From contig NC_047064.1 of NCBI RefSeq assembly GCF_902459465.1, forward strand, positions 16,058,001 through 16,122,000: a stretch of 64,000 nucleotides of DNA, read 5' to 3'. Positions 11,768-23,919 of the stretch are shown one piece after another (position 1 is the stretch's first letter; every line of letters starts with the position of its first letter). Below the pieces are notes generated by a model that was not told where the DNA came from, ran no database searches, and saw only the letters and a list, made by a program, of their open reading frames with translations. A program made the position numbers and the translations under genes. This DNA is from Asterias rubens (taxonomy: Eukaryota).

Positions 11768-14700
11768 ATGGCAACAGAAGAGGGAGTAACTGTGGCGACT
11801 GATAAGGGAGTATCCGTAGCAACAAATGATGTTTTTAGAAACTGTTCCGATCTTCCGGATGAGATCATGCTGTATCACGTCTTGCCACTGATGTCCATAC
11901 GCGAAGTGAACACCTGCAAGCTCGTCTGCAAGAAGTGGCAGCATTACGTGACCTCTTACATCAAGAGGTTAAAGGTCATTGACCTGACGCAGTGGGACTG
12001 TATGGTAACTGAGGACCTACTTTTGGGGATAGTGAAATATGCAACGAATGTACGGGAACTGAGGTGAGATGTAAATGTGTGGAATAAAAATTGCAATTTA
12101 AAAAAAAAATTGAATTTTTTTCAACCAGTCAGATTCTCTGATTGATATAGTGAGTGCATTCCAGGTATGAGGAACAAACTTAACAATGCGTGACTTGATG
12201 CAGGCTTGAGAAGCTACACAGAGTTGGGTTTTATGAGCCAAGTAGTGTCGGACGCCGAGCGAAGGCTTGAGCGGCCACGCTGGTGGGGAGACGGGCAAAA
12301 GGATAAACAGCCAGGTGCTGTGTTGTCTCTTGAAAACAACAGGGCGACCGCTTGGCTATGTTACAGTCTGAACCAAATCTTATCATAGCTGTAGGGTGTC
12401 ATGGCTGAGCGGTTTAGAGCATCGAAATCAAGTTCTGGTGGTTAAGTCATCAGAGTGTGGGTTCGAATCCCGGTCTTGATACTTGTGTAGTAAGCAAGAT
12501 GCTTTACTATAATTGCTTCTCTCCACCAAGGGGTAGGGTTAGGTTTAGGGTTAAGGTACCTGCGAGGGTTGATATTGTGTATGAAAGAGCCACTATCGCC
12601 ATACGACGGTCAGGGCAGTATACTCCCCAGGGAGCTGAGGAAGATTTTAAAAGGAAGGTTTTAGGCACAATGACCAGCCGTCGATTTCACCAAACTTCCT
12701 AACTTCGGATTAATCATAGGAATAAGGACTGGTTCAGTTCCATATCAAAATACGTAGGACGCATTAAACCCATCCTAAGTTAGGACGGGTTACTCATCCA
12801 ACTCAAGTTAGGATCAATCCTAGCGTTTCGTGAAATCAGCTGCAGGGCACTTACATGGAAAGCGCATTGATATGGTTGATGTAAAATTAGTTATTATTAT
12901 TAAAACCAAATTTCCTCATAGCGTTTCCTGTACCAATCCTTTGCAGGTTAGACGTATGTTGGAGAGCTGTAACAGACACCAGCATCACCGCCGCTGCCGA
13001 AGTCTGTCACAATCTGAGGGTTTTTGCCGCGAGTAGATGTGGGAATCTGACAGACAATGCCATCGTTACTTTGGCTGAGATGTGTCCCCATCTAGAGGAG
13101 CTGGATCTCAGCAGCTGCTACGGGGTAAGGCTGAAAATTAGGCTGGATTTTTATTTGCGGCTACAGCTGTTGAGGATGTCTAATACTTCACTGTACGATG
13201 AGGCTGCCATCCATCCCTAGCCGTAGCCGCCAATATTACGAGTAGTATTGTGCACTAGCCTTAAGGTCTGGTGCTGTCAGAGTTCGAGTTCGGGAAGTGG
13301 ACGTATGGCACACAGTCGTTATTGAGCAAGACAAGATGAATAACATGTGGTCCCGTGTGTTGTGGAAGGAACATTCAAAAAAGCCTTTTTCAAACTGCTA
13401 CTTCAAAAAACCTTGATGAAAACTTTTTATCCAAATCCTGGCTAAACCATGGCCACAAGAGTCTGTGGTATCATCATGTGTAAATGTAGAGATGACTTAC
13501 AGACAATGGACACTGCTGGTAATTGTCAAAGAACAGTCTTCTCACTTGGTGTATCTCAAAATTTATGCATAAAATAAAAAACCTGTTAAAATTTGAGCTT
13601 GATTGGTCATCGGAGTTGAGAGCAAAAAACACCCTTGTCACACGAAGTTGTGTGCTTTCAGATGCTTGCCTTCGAGACCTCAAATTCTAAACTTGAGGTC
13701 TCGAAATCAAATTCGTAAAAAATCACCCATTTCTCGAAAACTGCGTCACTTCAGAGGGAGCTGTTTCTCGCAATGTTTTATACTATCAACTTCTCCCCAA
13801 TACTCGTAACCAAGTAAGGTTTTATGATAATAATACTTTTGAGTAATTACCAATAGTGTCCAGTGCCTTTAATCACGATATGCATAAACTGGTCTCTAAA
13901 AAGGGCCAAGATATAACTTACATCTCAGCAATTTATCTGTCCTTATCATACAAATCATTTAGATTAGCGATGAGGCTGTTTGTGGGTTAGCCGATAACGC
14001 CAAGAACTTGAAAGAGCTTCACATGAGCAGTGTCTACGGCGTGACAGACTACGGAGTCAGCCAGCTGGCCTTCAAGTGCTCGCTACTTCAGAATCTTGAT
14101 GTGAGCTACTGCAACGTTGTGAGTAACATCGGACTGCAGGCATTCCTGAACAAAGAGGGACCGCTGGCACTGACAGAGCTTCGGGTCAAGAACTGCCACA
14201 AGGTAGGAAAAATGTATACGAACGAAGAAAAATGTACACAGAAAGTGTATGGCGTCTTGTCTAACGGTGCAAAAAGGGCCAGGAAGCTATGTTCTTATAG
14301 TTCAACAGTTTTGTAGAAAAAGAAAGCGTGTGGCGGGTATGAACTCCGAGCGTAGGGTTTTTTCTGCTTGTGAAAATATTGATAGGTTGAGCAAGATTTG
14401 ATTAGTTTTGACCATTCGCCAGTGTGTGTTTGTAGGGCGTCATGGTCAAGTGGTTTTAAGAGGATCAAAATTCAAGTTCTGGTGGTCAAGTCATCAGAGT
14501 GTTGGTTCTGGTCCCAATCTTGACACTTGTGTCCTTGAGCAAGATACCTCTCCTTGCCCAGGGGTATATTTTAGTACCTGCTATGGTAGAGGTTGATAAC
14601 GGAACCCCTGGCAATAATTGCAGCCGATTATATACATTCAGAACTATGTCGAATGCTCCAGATTGAAAAGTAAAACCAATGATAAGCTACAAGTAAAAAA

Positions 14701-14944
14701 CAATACGTGAACGTCATTTCAACTCGGCATACTTCACTTAGGCCAAACTTGACAAATGTGGGTACAGATTGCCCCCTCTAGTTTCCAGCTGGCCATTTTT
14801 TAATTTCATTTTATTTATTTACTTGGGTTATTATATGAATAATCAATCAACCGCTTTTTGTTTTTCCAATCGTGTTTGCAGGTCACCTATCCAATGATTT
14901 TTAAGCTAATGGAGGCAGGAGTGGCTGTCAACAATATGTTCTGA
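11768..14944 (+). CDS. F-box/leucine-rich-repeat protein (FBXL15-like)
   Basis: Exons 11768-12063, 12947-13124, 13963-14202, 14882-14944 give 258 aa in one frame. F-box motif SDLPDEIMLYHVLPLMSIREVNTCKLVCKKW is followed by cysteine-containing LRRs (LEELDLSSCYGISDEAV, LQNLDVSYCNVVSNIGL, LTELRVKNCHKVT). Confidence 0.88.
12110..12300 (-). mobile_element. CR1/L2-type LINE 3' fragment
   Basis: FVPHTWNALTISIRES resembles the SFxPRT..WNxLP C-terminal motif. Confidence 0.45.
12392..12890 (+). mobile_element. tRNA-derived SINE interrupted by a Harbinger-type MITE
   Basis: A-box-like TGGCTGAGCGGT and B-box GGTTCGAATCC; body matches 47690-47955. Confidence 0.75.
12678..12842. mobile_element. Harbinger-type MITE (CWG TSD)
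   Basis: CCGTCGATTTCAC ... GTGAAATCAGCTG with CAG on both sides. Confidence 0.8.
13497..13872. mobile_element. TTAA MITE family A
   Basis: Family A body; right end GTGTCCAGTGCCTTTAA. Confidence 0.85.
14435..14600 (+). mobile_element. SINE 5' fragment
   Basis: Similar to the head of 12392; includes GTGTCCTTGAGCAAGATAC. Confidence 0.6.
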
Positions 14945-15798
14945 TCAAGCATCGAGAATCGGCCAACAGTCGTCCTTAGCCCTTTCTACTGTACAGAGCC
15001 AATTTTTATTATTGCTGTATATATTTTTTTATTATTTCAGAGATACCAACATACACGATTTGGGCGTAGCAAATACGATTTCGAGCCGTGACTACGACGC
15101 TACGATAATACTCAATAAAACACGCTAAACAAGCCGCCCAATATAATTTTATTAAATCTTACAATACATGCAAACAACGAATGAACTATTAAGTGGAAAT
15201 ACAAATTAAGAAAAATATCAAAACAATTGTAACAGAAAAGAAAAACACACTTTTTATTTTAGAACGCAGTGTTGAATAATAGCGGCGAATTCACTCGAAG
15301 AATGTACGTGTCTCGACGTAATGATTGTTGCGTGCCCTCCCCCGCTGGCTGGCCGGCTGAGTGTGCATTTTTTACGCTAGTGATTGCTGCAAGATCGTAC
15401 CCATTGATCTCTATTACACAATGGGGAATAGTGCACACGTGCGTGGGGAATGAGGTTGTGTGTGAACTAAACGTGTCACAGTAACCTCATTCCTCATGTA
15501 TCCACTATTATTGTGCCCACGCTGTCTGTACATGTACTTCATCGAAGATTGGCAAAAAAAGTACGAAATAATGGCGACAAAAAAAGGAGACCTTCTGAAC
15601 AAAAATACCTTCAACTGAGTGGCCTGCGAGGTCTAAGCTAGACAGTGTTTCATGTTTTCCTACCAGTAATTGTAGCGCCGATGTCCAGACAATGCCCAAA
15701 ATACGGACACGTATTTTTTGCCCAAAATCCGGACACTTTTTTTTTTTTTTTCTCCCTCCCAATAGCTTGTTGTTGCATTTCTGATCATTAAAACAAAA

Positions 15799-15867
15799 AC
15801 ATTTAAGTAAGGCCACCCTTTTTTATGTTACATTTAAGTAAGGCCACCCTTTTTTATGTTACATTTA
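15799..15867 (+). repeat. 31-bp tandem duplication
   Basis: ACATTTAAGTAAGGCCACCCTTTTTTATGTT twice plus a partial third unit. Confidence 0.85.
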
Positions 15868-16227
15868 TTTTTGAAACATAGTCAGAAGATGAGGGAAATC
15901 AGTTTTTTTTTTCAAGTTTCTTTTCACTGGCCATTATAAACATTTGTAGCTGTTCTGTTGATGCATACAGGTAATTGTTATTTCACAACAATGCCTGAAA
16001 ATGAGCTAATTAGCATTGTAGAGAGTAAAAGAAAGATCGGTATAGGTAGCCCAAGCTGCGCTCGCCCTTAACATTTGGGAGATGCTACTCTTTTTTAAAA
16101 TTCAATGTTGGCATCTCTGTTATTTGTGTATACATTTCTGGTACATATATAAGTAAACCAAGGATGCCTAATGTAAGTGAACCTATGTAATCACTCTAGC
16201 TTTTAAGCCTGAGGAAACATATTAACA

Positions 16228-16551
16228 TTAAAGCCAGTGGACCCTTTCGGTACAGACAAACAAATATAAGTTCACAGATTTACAAATAACTTACAGGGTT
16301 TACAGAAGGTACAATGTAGTGGTGAAAGACTTCTCTTGAAATATTATTCCATGAAATGCTTTACTTTTTGAGAAAACAGTAAAAAAATATCAATTCTCGA
16401 TAGCGAGAATTACGGATTTATTTTAAACACATGTCATGACACGGCGATTGAGCCTAAATTTTCACAGGTTTGTTATTTTATATAGACGTTGTGATACACG
16501 AAGTGTGGGCCTTGGACAATACTGTTTACCGAAAGGGTCCAATGGCTTTAA
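16228..16551. mobile_element. TTAA MITE family B
   Basis: TTAAAGCCAGTGGACCCTTTCGG ... CCGAAAGGGTCCAATGGCTTTAA. Confidence 0.85.
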
Positions 16552-17676
16552 CAAGGGTGCTTGCAATGTGATCAAGAAACACAAGGGTTAACCCCTCTTC
16601 CGTGTTGGTGTGTTCTTTTACATGCACTACTTAGTAAACATAATCTACGGATTAATGTCCCATCGGAAGGCCAAAACAGTTATGGTTAAGTATCACAATG
16701 AATTTTAAAGTCCATTAGCAATGCACAAACAATCTGTATGTCACATGTATTTTGTGCATTGCACATGTCAGATGTAAGAGTTTTTGTTTCAATTTGCAAT
16801 AATGCTGTGAAATACTGGTGTTCTTTTTAATGGGGATTATTTGACATTCTTAATTTTAAAATTGAATTATCTATTGAAGGCAATTTCCATGAATATCTAA
16901 ATAACTTGGTCAAGTTAGTTAAAGTGCATTTTATATTAACTGTATCAATGTGCTTTGCATTAGCTGCCTGCTGTCGATTTCTGGGAGTGACTAGTGTCAA
17001 GATGTGATAAATAAATAAAAACAATAAGACAAACTGTTCAGGTATTTATAAATGCCCTTTATTTATTTATTTGGTTTGTTTCAAACTAACTGAAGGTTTA
17101 ATCTATGGACAAGATATTTTATTCCCATTTCTTATTTTCATTTTCTCTAAAAACAACACCTTTGGTAGGCTAACACTTCTTTTGCACTATAACAAAAATC
17201 AAAAGGTTTAACATTGCTTATCATATTATTTCAATTCAATTTAATTTGGTTCAAAACCTCATTTATTTCACATAGACATCCTAAAAGGCTATGTTGTTTT
17301 GTTGTCCTGATATTGACGGCCATGTTCAATGGCCCTTAAAGGCCACCAAACATGTATGGAAAAAAAATGGGGGAAAAAATCTTAGAACACACGACTAAAG
17401 AAACAAAACTTTATGTAAAATGTTTTTGAACAGCTCTACAACATTATTATAACTACATTTCAATGAGTTAAACTCCAAATATAGAATCGGTAAGTTTACA
17501 AAAATACTATAAACAGAACCATTTGAAAGCTCAATGATTATGAACTTCAGGCCATTCACTAACTGCTTTATTTTGCTTGCATTCTACATTCCGGCACCCC
17601 TATTTCAGACAACCCTAATGTTCCGAGAAAAAAACCCACTGATGATTTAAACGGTAGTGTATTAGGGTTGGTTAAA

Positions 17677-17972
17677 CTAAGGGACACGCTGCCTTGGATC
17701 GGGCGAGATGGTTAATGAAAAGCATTTGAAACCATTAGTTATAAAATGCGTGTGATTAGATATTGCGCACTAACATGGTGGACCAACTTGTGGAGGCAGC
17801 AATTTTACTCCACAAATTAGCGAGCAGTGTTAGTTCATAACGTACATGTACACGGAAAACAAACAGGTGCATTTTTGAGGCATATTTGTGTGGATCATTA
17901 TTCTACTTTAAAAACATCTTTCTAATGAGGCATTTTATAGACCAAATCGCCCAATCCAAGGCAACATGTCCC
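17677..17972. mobile_element. TTAA MITE family C, degenerate
   Basis: GACACGCTGCCTTGGATCGG ... CCAAGGCAACATGTCC; homologous to 38888 and 52929. Confidence 0.65.
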
Positions 17973-18461
17973 GCTGTTTTCGTAAAGGTTAAGAAAATAC
18001 ACTAGGGGTGTAAAAACCCAGCAATCAAATCAGCAAGTATAGAACCCATCACAAACCCCCGACAATTAACGTTTGTTATTGATTTCAGTACAAAACAGGA
18101 TTTATTGGAAGCATGTTGATTAGACAGTACAAGTTGCAAATGAATTACTCTTCCAGAGTCAAATTAAATTGGGAGGGGGGGGGGGAGGGGGGAGGCTGTC
18201 GTCATGACACGGGCGGCCACTAGTATCAGGCCTAGAGTTTCATCTTTGAACATGCATGTCAAAAGGGCAAGGCCTTTTTCATTTTGAGAAAGGCACTTCC
18301 ATTTGAAAGTCTTTAAGTCGATGGGAAACTTTTCGACAAGATCAGGGGCAACAGAGGCCATGCCCTCCGTGCCCTCCGTGGCCTACAGGCATAGTATCAC
18401 AAAATAAACTTTGACAAGCCCCCCCAAAAATATATAATATTTAAGACAAAAAAAATCATAA

Positions 18462-21400
18462 TTATCTGTTGAGGTTTGCCCGTTGTATGTGCTCGTTAAC
18501 CGACGTCCGTAGCGTGTTAATGACCTGTCGTTGGTTGTCACTCTTCATAATAGCGCTGCCTGATACGATCATGTTTGCCCCCGCCTACAAGAAAACCAAA
18601 AGCAGTGTCAATCCTCTCAGGAGATGAACTCGCAATACAAAGTGGTTCCCACAGAGTGCACCAACGTTCCCTTTGATTTGTACTTGCAAAATGCGAGTAA
18701 CAACTTTTCTTCCACAAACACAAGTTTAAGTCTTCATATATCATGCGTGTTAAAGGGTCTTGGTACAAAACACAATGTCCACAGATTTACTTCAAGCTTA
18801 CACGGTTTGAAGATTTATGATGGTAGAGAGTTCCCTCAAAATATTACTTGCTGAGGTGCTTTAGTTTTTCAAAAATTAGTAAAACAAGTCACAAAAGTTT
18901 TTTAGCATGTAAAATGCATGTAAAAGTGATATTTTAAGAGACCTTCTACTAGCATTATCTGTGTAAGTTTAATGTAAATCTGTGGATATTGTGTTTTGTG
19001 TTACAAAAAGTACCAAAATCTTGTAAAAATAAAATAAAGTAATTAAAATACTGACCTTAGCCGCCATGTCGATAGTGGCAGGTCCCACGCCACCGTCCAC
19101 CTCGATGTCTAGAGACTGGTACATGCTGCGCAGCTTCTCAACCTAATCAGTGGAAACAAACAACAAATCCAATGTGAAAAGGAAAAGTGTAAAGGTTTCA
19201 AAGTTCTGAACTTTATAGTTGGAAACAGCGGATATGTAACCTGGCAAGTGATGGTAAGTGGACCAATGACAGTATGGGCTTCAATCATGAATATGTATGA
19301 GGTGCAGTTAATATTATAGTGTGCGTTCGTAAAGCTTCCCTGGGTCGACCCTGGTGTGTGGCGGTTTTCTTTTCCAGAACGAACATGGGTAATTATCTGC
19401 ACACGTTCATCCTGGAAAAAAAAAAACGCCACAAACCGGGGTCGACCTGGGGAAGCTAATCGAACACACCCATAAACAATCCAACAACAAGTTTATGCTA
19501 ACCATTCAATGGTGTTTCGGCAGGCCTGGGATTTCATCTTGGAGAGGGCAAGGCCATGATTTTACATTTTTTAAAAGGGCACTTTCATTAGAAAATCTTA
19601 AAGTTTTCATGATACTTTTTAAGGGGCACCAAGGTCAAGACTAGGGGCAACAAAAGGCTCGGACCTCCCTGGCCTTCCAGGTTCGATTTTGGGGGTAAGC
19701 TTTAGGGCTGCTCATAATCAATCAACCAGCCTGGCGGTTAAAGGCAGTGGACACTATTGGTAATTACTCAAAATAATTTTTAGCATTAAACCTTACTTGG
19801 TAACGAGTAATGGGGAGAGGTTGATAGTATAAAACATTGTGAGAAACGGCTCCCTGTGAAGTGATGTAGAAGTATTTTTCCACGAATTTGATATCGAGAC
19901 CTCAGATTAAGAATTTGACGTCTCGAAATCAAGCATCTGAAAGCACACAACTTCGCGTGGCAAGGGTGTTTTTTCTTTCATTATTACGTCGCAACTTCGA
20001 CGACCGATTGAGCCCAGATTTTCACAAGTTTGCTATTTTATGCATTATATGCTGAGATAGACTGGTCTTTGACAATAACCAAAGGTGTCCAGTGTCTTTA
20101 AGAGCACTGGACTCGAGAACCAATGTTTCTGATCAGCAGAGTGTGGGTTCGAGTCCCAGTTGTGAAAACTGTGTTCCTATTAAGAACGACACTTATTAAA
20201 CCACGATGTCCTTCAGACAGGGTGTAAAGCCGTTGGTCTTGTGTGTTTTGTAATGCAAGCAAAAAAAAACCTGCACATTATTGAAAATAGAAGGGGTTTG
20301 ACCCGGTGTTCCTGGTTTGATTGGCAGCATATTGCGCCACAGCACCTTGTAAACCATTACATGGTGCTATTTGAAAGAAGTAGGTCTCATACTTCAAGTG
20401 TAACCACACACCTTGCAGGAAAATATTGAATATACACGCTCCTTGAGCATCACTAAGCGCTATACAAGAAATCTATATTATTATTATTATTATACACATA
20501 TTGACTGGCAACGAGGTAACTAGTATATGTCTATTTCCACGAGGGACTTTGAGTGACCAGAAGAGCGACCCATTTCCCGAGGCCGAAAGCCGGACAAATA
20601 GGCCCCTCTTCTGGTCACTCACAGGCCCGAGGGGGAATCATCATGTCGAGCGCCATCTAGAAGCTCGAGCCTGCCCAGTGATTTTTCTCCAGATGTTCCG
20701 GTCCAGCATGCAGGAGCCAAGTTCCTCAGCGCTGGTCAAGCCGGTGTCTCGTTTTAGTGTGTCTACAAAGGAGAGACATCTTCTCCCACGCAAGGCCTTG
20801 CCTTGGGTGGGCTCCCAGAGGATGGTTGGGCAAGCGGCAAGCTCCGAGTGGCGGACACAGTGCCCAGCGAGCTTGAGTCGGCGTTCACGGATCTTCTCTG
20901 TGGCCTTTGGCCAGCCAGCATACAGGTTGGAGTTTCTCATGTGGTCCTGCCAGGGGATGTTACCGAATTATGCCAGTCAATATGTGTTGTATAACACAGC
21001 TCGGTCTTATATAGTCAAATAAGAACAGAAAAAGGAATTTTGTAGTTTGTTAAAGGTTCACGTCAAGAGAGGGCGCTGTTACCACGGGCACTATTTGCAC
21101 AGACTAGTGTCCGTTCTGGTACTATTACCGCAAAACACGCGCGCGCGATCACTAGCCTATAATAGTTCATCCCACATGACCGTGTTTCAGCCAACCAGAA
21201 CACAGAACGAGCAAGAGGTGTGTTAAAATATTATTATTATTATTATACAATACACTACCTTTGGCATCATGTCTTCCATGAACTTTTGTCCGCCGAATCC
21301 TGGTTCTACGGTCATGACTAGGATCATGTCTGCTTCTTCAACATACGGGAGGACTACATCGATAGGTGTCTTCGGCTTTACACCAATTCCTGCCTGGAAA

Positions 21401-23919
21401 CACAAACATAAACTAGGGCTTAAAAAAAAGGAGTTCCTTGGCTATAAACCTCTACTTAGTGGTATGCACCACTTGACTAGTCGCGCCTTAAATAGTTGCG
21501 AGTTCGACACTAGTCGCGACAAATTTTCAGTTCCAAAGATGTAGTGCTGCATATTGTTTGCCACAGGCGCAATATGGTTAATTTCGTGCTTAAAGGATTG
21601 AAGGATTGTGTCACTGATGTCCGATTTTGTTTTGTAAGTGCATTATGTTGTTTTGAATAGTGGTGAGCGACATAATTTTTGTAGTAGTCATGGGGGCACA
21701 ATTAACTGAGTAGTTGAATAAGGAGAGTCGTGACTCGACTAACCTATAAATAGCCTTGACCTTGACACTAGTCCAACTAGTTGTCCAGGCCTACTTAGCT
21801 ATAGCACACTATGATCATTTTTTTTCAGGACCTGGAAAGGATCAGAAGCATCGAGTTGTCAACCACCATTCTAAAAGTGGAGTGAAACTGACCTTCATGC
21901 CAGCTTCTTTGATTAGCCTGATCACGTCCTTTGGTTTGTCGGTCGCTTCAATGTGGAATGTGTACTGGTTGGCACCTGCATCCGCCATCGGCTGAATCCA
22001 CTGTGAAATAAACACACAAAAAAATCAAACAAAATTCTTAAAGGGCACTGGACACTATTGGCAATTACTCAAAATAACTGTTAGCAGAAAACCCAAAGGT
22101 ATACTTTTCATAGTTGTTGTGGTTTCCATCACTAACACAAGGGTATGTTGCGAACTACCCCTGGTGCCACTGGTCCACACACTTAGATGAGAGTTGATAT
22201 GACAAGTCTTTTACAAGCTATCACTCAAAAAACATTTCTTTTGTTTTAGGCATAATAACCATAAAACTTGGTCAAGGGTCCAAAAGAAATAGGCTTGTGG
22301 GGGATCCCAGGACCAATCCACATACCAAGTGTGGAGTTGATATGACAAGTCCTAGTCAAGGTTTTGCTCAGACAGCATTTCTTTGTTTTAGCCATAATGA
22401 CCTTGACATTTGACAGAGGGGGGTAACAATAGGCTTTTATGGTACCCCAAGACCATCCACAAACAGGGTTTGCAGTTGATAAACCAAGTCCAGCTCAAGT
22501 TATCAATCCAACAAATATTTGTTGTTTTAGCTACAATGACATCAACATTTAACAAAAGGGGTTCAATGGGGGTCGATCGTTTAGCTTCCCTGGGTCTACC
22601 CTGCGGTGCTCACACGGGTGAGCCCCTGACAAGAGCTAATCGAACGATCACACTCGCCCTCTCTCGTGGTGACGGCATGCACCTCAGGTCACCCCAAAGT
22701 GACCCACTCCACAAGCAGGGTACTGGGGGCTAAATAAGGTGAGCCCCGTCAAAGCTCATCGAACTTAACGGGGCAGACCGGGGTCGACCCAGGGAAGCTA
22801 AACGAACGCACCCAATGGCAGGCTTCTGGGGGAAACCCATGACCAATCCAAATAACAAGTGTTGAGTTGACATTTGAGTCCTTTTGCAACAAACCCACAC
22901 ACTGGAAGGACATGTCTGAAATAGTTAGTTGCGATAATGTAACCCGACTCTCTGGCGTCGGGAGGAGGGTTACGTTATCACAACTATGAAACAGTATGCC
23001 CCTTTGATGGCTTTGCCAACCGCGGGGCAAAAAAACTAAATCTTTTTATAGGAAAGTTAAGAAGAGTTTCAACCACAAAATCAATTACCTTTTCTGGATC
23101 TGCTACCATCATGTGCATGTCTGAAGAAGAAACAAATAACTCTTATAACAAGCCAGTATGCTGAAATATAAACGACAGCCGGTTTCACAAAACTTTACGC
23201 AACTGCGTAAGTCCACTTGCGCAACTTTTATGGAGCGACTTGCGCCATAAACGTTGCGCAAGTGGACTTACGCAGTGGCGTAAAGTTTCGTGAAATCGGC
23301 TCCCGGGCTATAATTTGGGGGGGGGGGGGGGGGGTAATCCACAGGACTGCAGGCTTGTAGCTCAGAATCTTTACTGGGCCAGGATTTTATTTACAAGACC
23401 AAGCCTAGGCTGAGGCTCAAGCTTAGGCTTGGGCTAAGGCAAGTTAGGGTTAAGGGGCTTCAGACAACAATCCCCCTTGAAAATATTGTTCTCAAAACTT
23501 ACCAAAGAACGCTGTTTGAATTTTCTTTCGCAAGCACTGCACAACGGGATGGCCAAAGGTGAGGTTGGGTACAAAATGTCTGGAACAGAAAACAAAGACA
23601 ATAAGTTATACAGGGGGCTCATGTTTCAGCCCCAGAACGGTTGACAGTTGATTGGGTTGACTACCGAGCAGCTTTGGTAGCCCTCACCTTGAAGTGGTGG
23701 TCTGGCCATGTGATGAAAGGCAATTTCTCATAAACAAGTTTTAAACCAAGAAAAAAATGGGAATAAATAAAATGAAGCAAACAATACCCACCCGTCCATA
23801 ACATCCAAGTGGAGGTAATCGGCGCCACTGTCAAGAACTCGCTGGCACTCATCTGCCAAAACAGAGAGGTCAGAGTTCAGGATGGATGGACCAATCATGC
23901 ACTCATAGTGCGCCGGCAT
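18462..23919 (-). CDS. RPE: Ribulose-phosphate 3-epimerase
   Basis: Exons 23919-23792, 23579-23503, 23120-23089, 22000-21893, 21393-21259, 19142-19056, 18584-18462 total 690 nt (229 aa). Motifs [55 protein letters not shown] and [11 protein letters not shown] are all present. Confidence 0.97.
18750..19025. mobile_element. TTAA MITE family D
   Basis: TTAAAGGGTCTTGGTAC..ATGTCCACAGATTTAC ... GTACCAAAATC; homologous to 51776. Confidence 0.65.
19325..19475. mobile_element. Short TIR element (GTGCGTTCG..AGCTTCCCTGGGTCGACC)
   Basis: Shares TIRs with 22565-22815 but has a different interior. Confidence 0.6.
19738..20101. mobile_element. TTAA MITE family A
   Basis: Both termini present with TTAA. 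Confidence 0.88.
20103..20492 (+). mobile_element. tRNA-derived SINE with (ATT)n tail
   Basis: GTGGGTTCGAGTCCC B-box; body shared with 31255-31530; ATT repeat tail. Confidence 0.7.
20494..21015. mobile_element. Palindromic MITE whose right arm is interrupted by an RTE fragment
   Basis: 17-bp inverted ACACATATTGACTGGCA / TGCCAGTCAATATGTGT, plus an inner GAGTGACCAGAAGAG / CTCTTCTGGTCACTC pair. Confidence 0.7.
20638..20958 (-). mobile_element. RTE-clade LINE 3' fragment (5' truncated)
   Basis: [54 protein letters not shown] is the RTE C-terminus; short ATGATGAT tail. Confidence 0.85.
22565..22815. mobile_element. Short TIR element
   Basis: CGTTTAGCTTCCCTGGGTCTACC / GGTCGACCCAGGGAAGCTAAACG. 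Confidence 0.65.
23177..23300. mobile_element. Palindromic Harbinger-like MITE
   Basis: AGCCGGTTTCACAAAACTTTACGC..CTGCGTAAGTCCACTTGCGCAAC and its inverse. Confidence 0.65.

Noticed and set aside
15260-15620. Promoter-like CpG patch with AATGGCG and a 15-codon ORF between the F-box gene and RPE
   Set aside because: No splice donor or extended ORF; could be 3' UTR or regulatory DNA, but unsupported as a gene.
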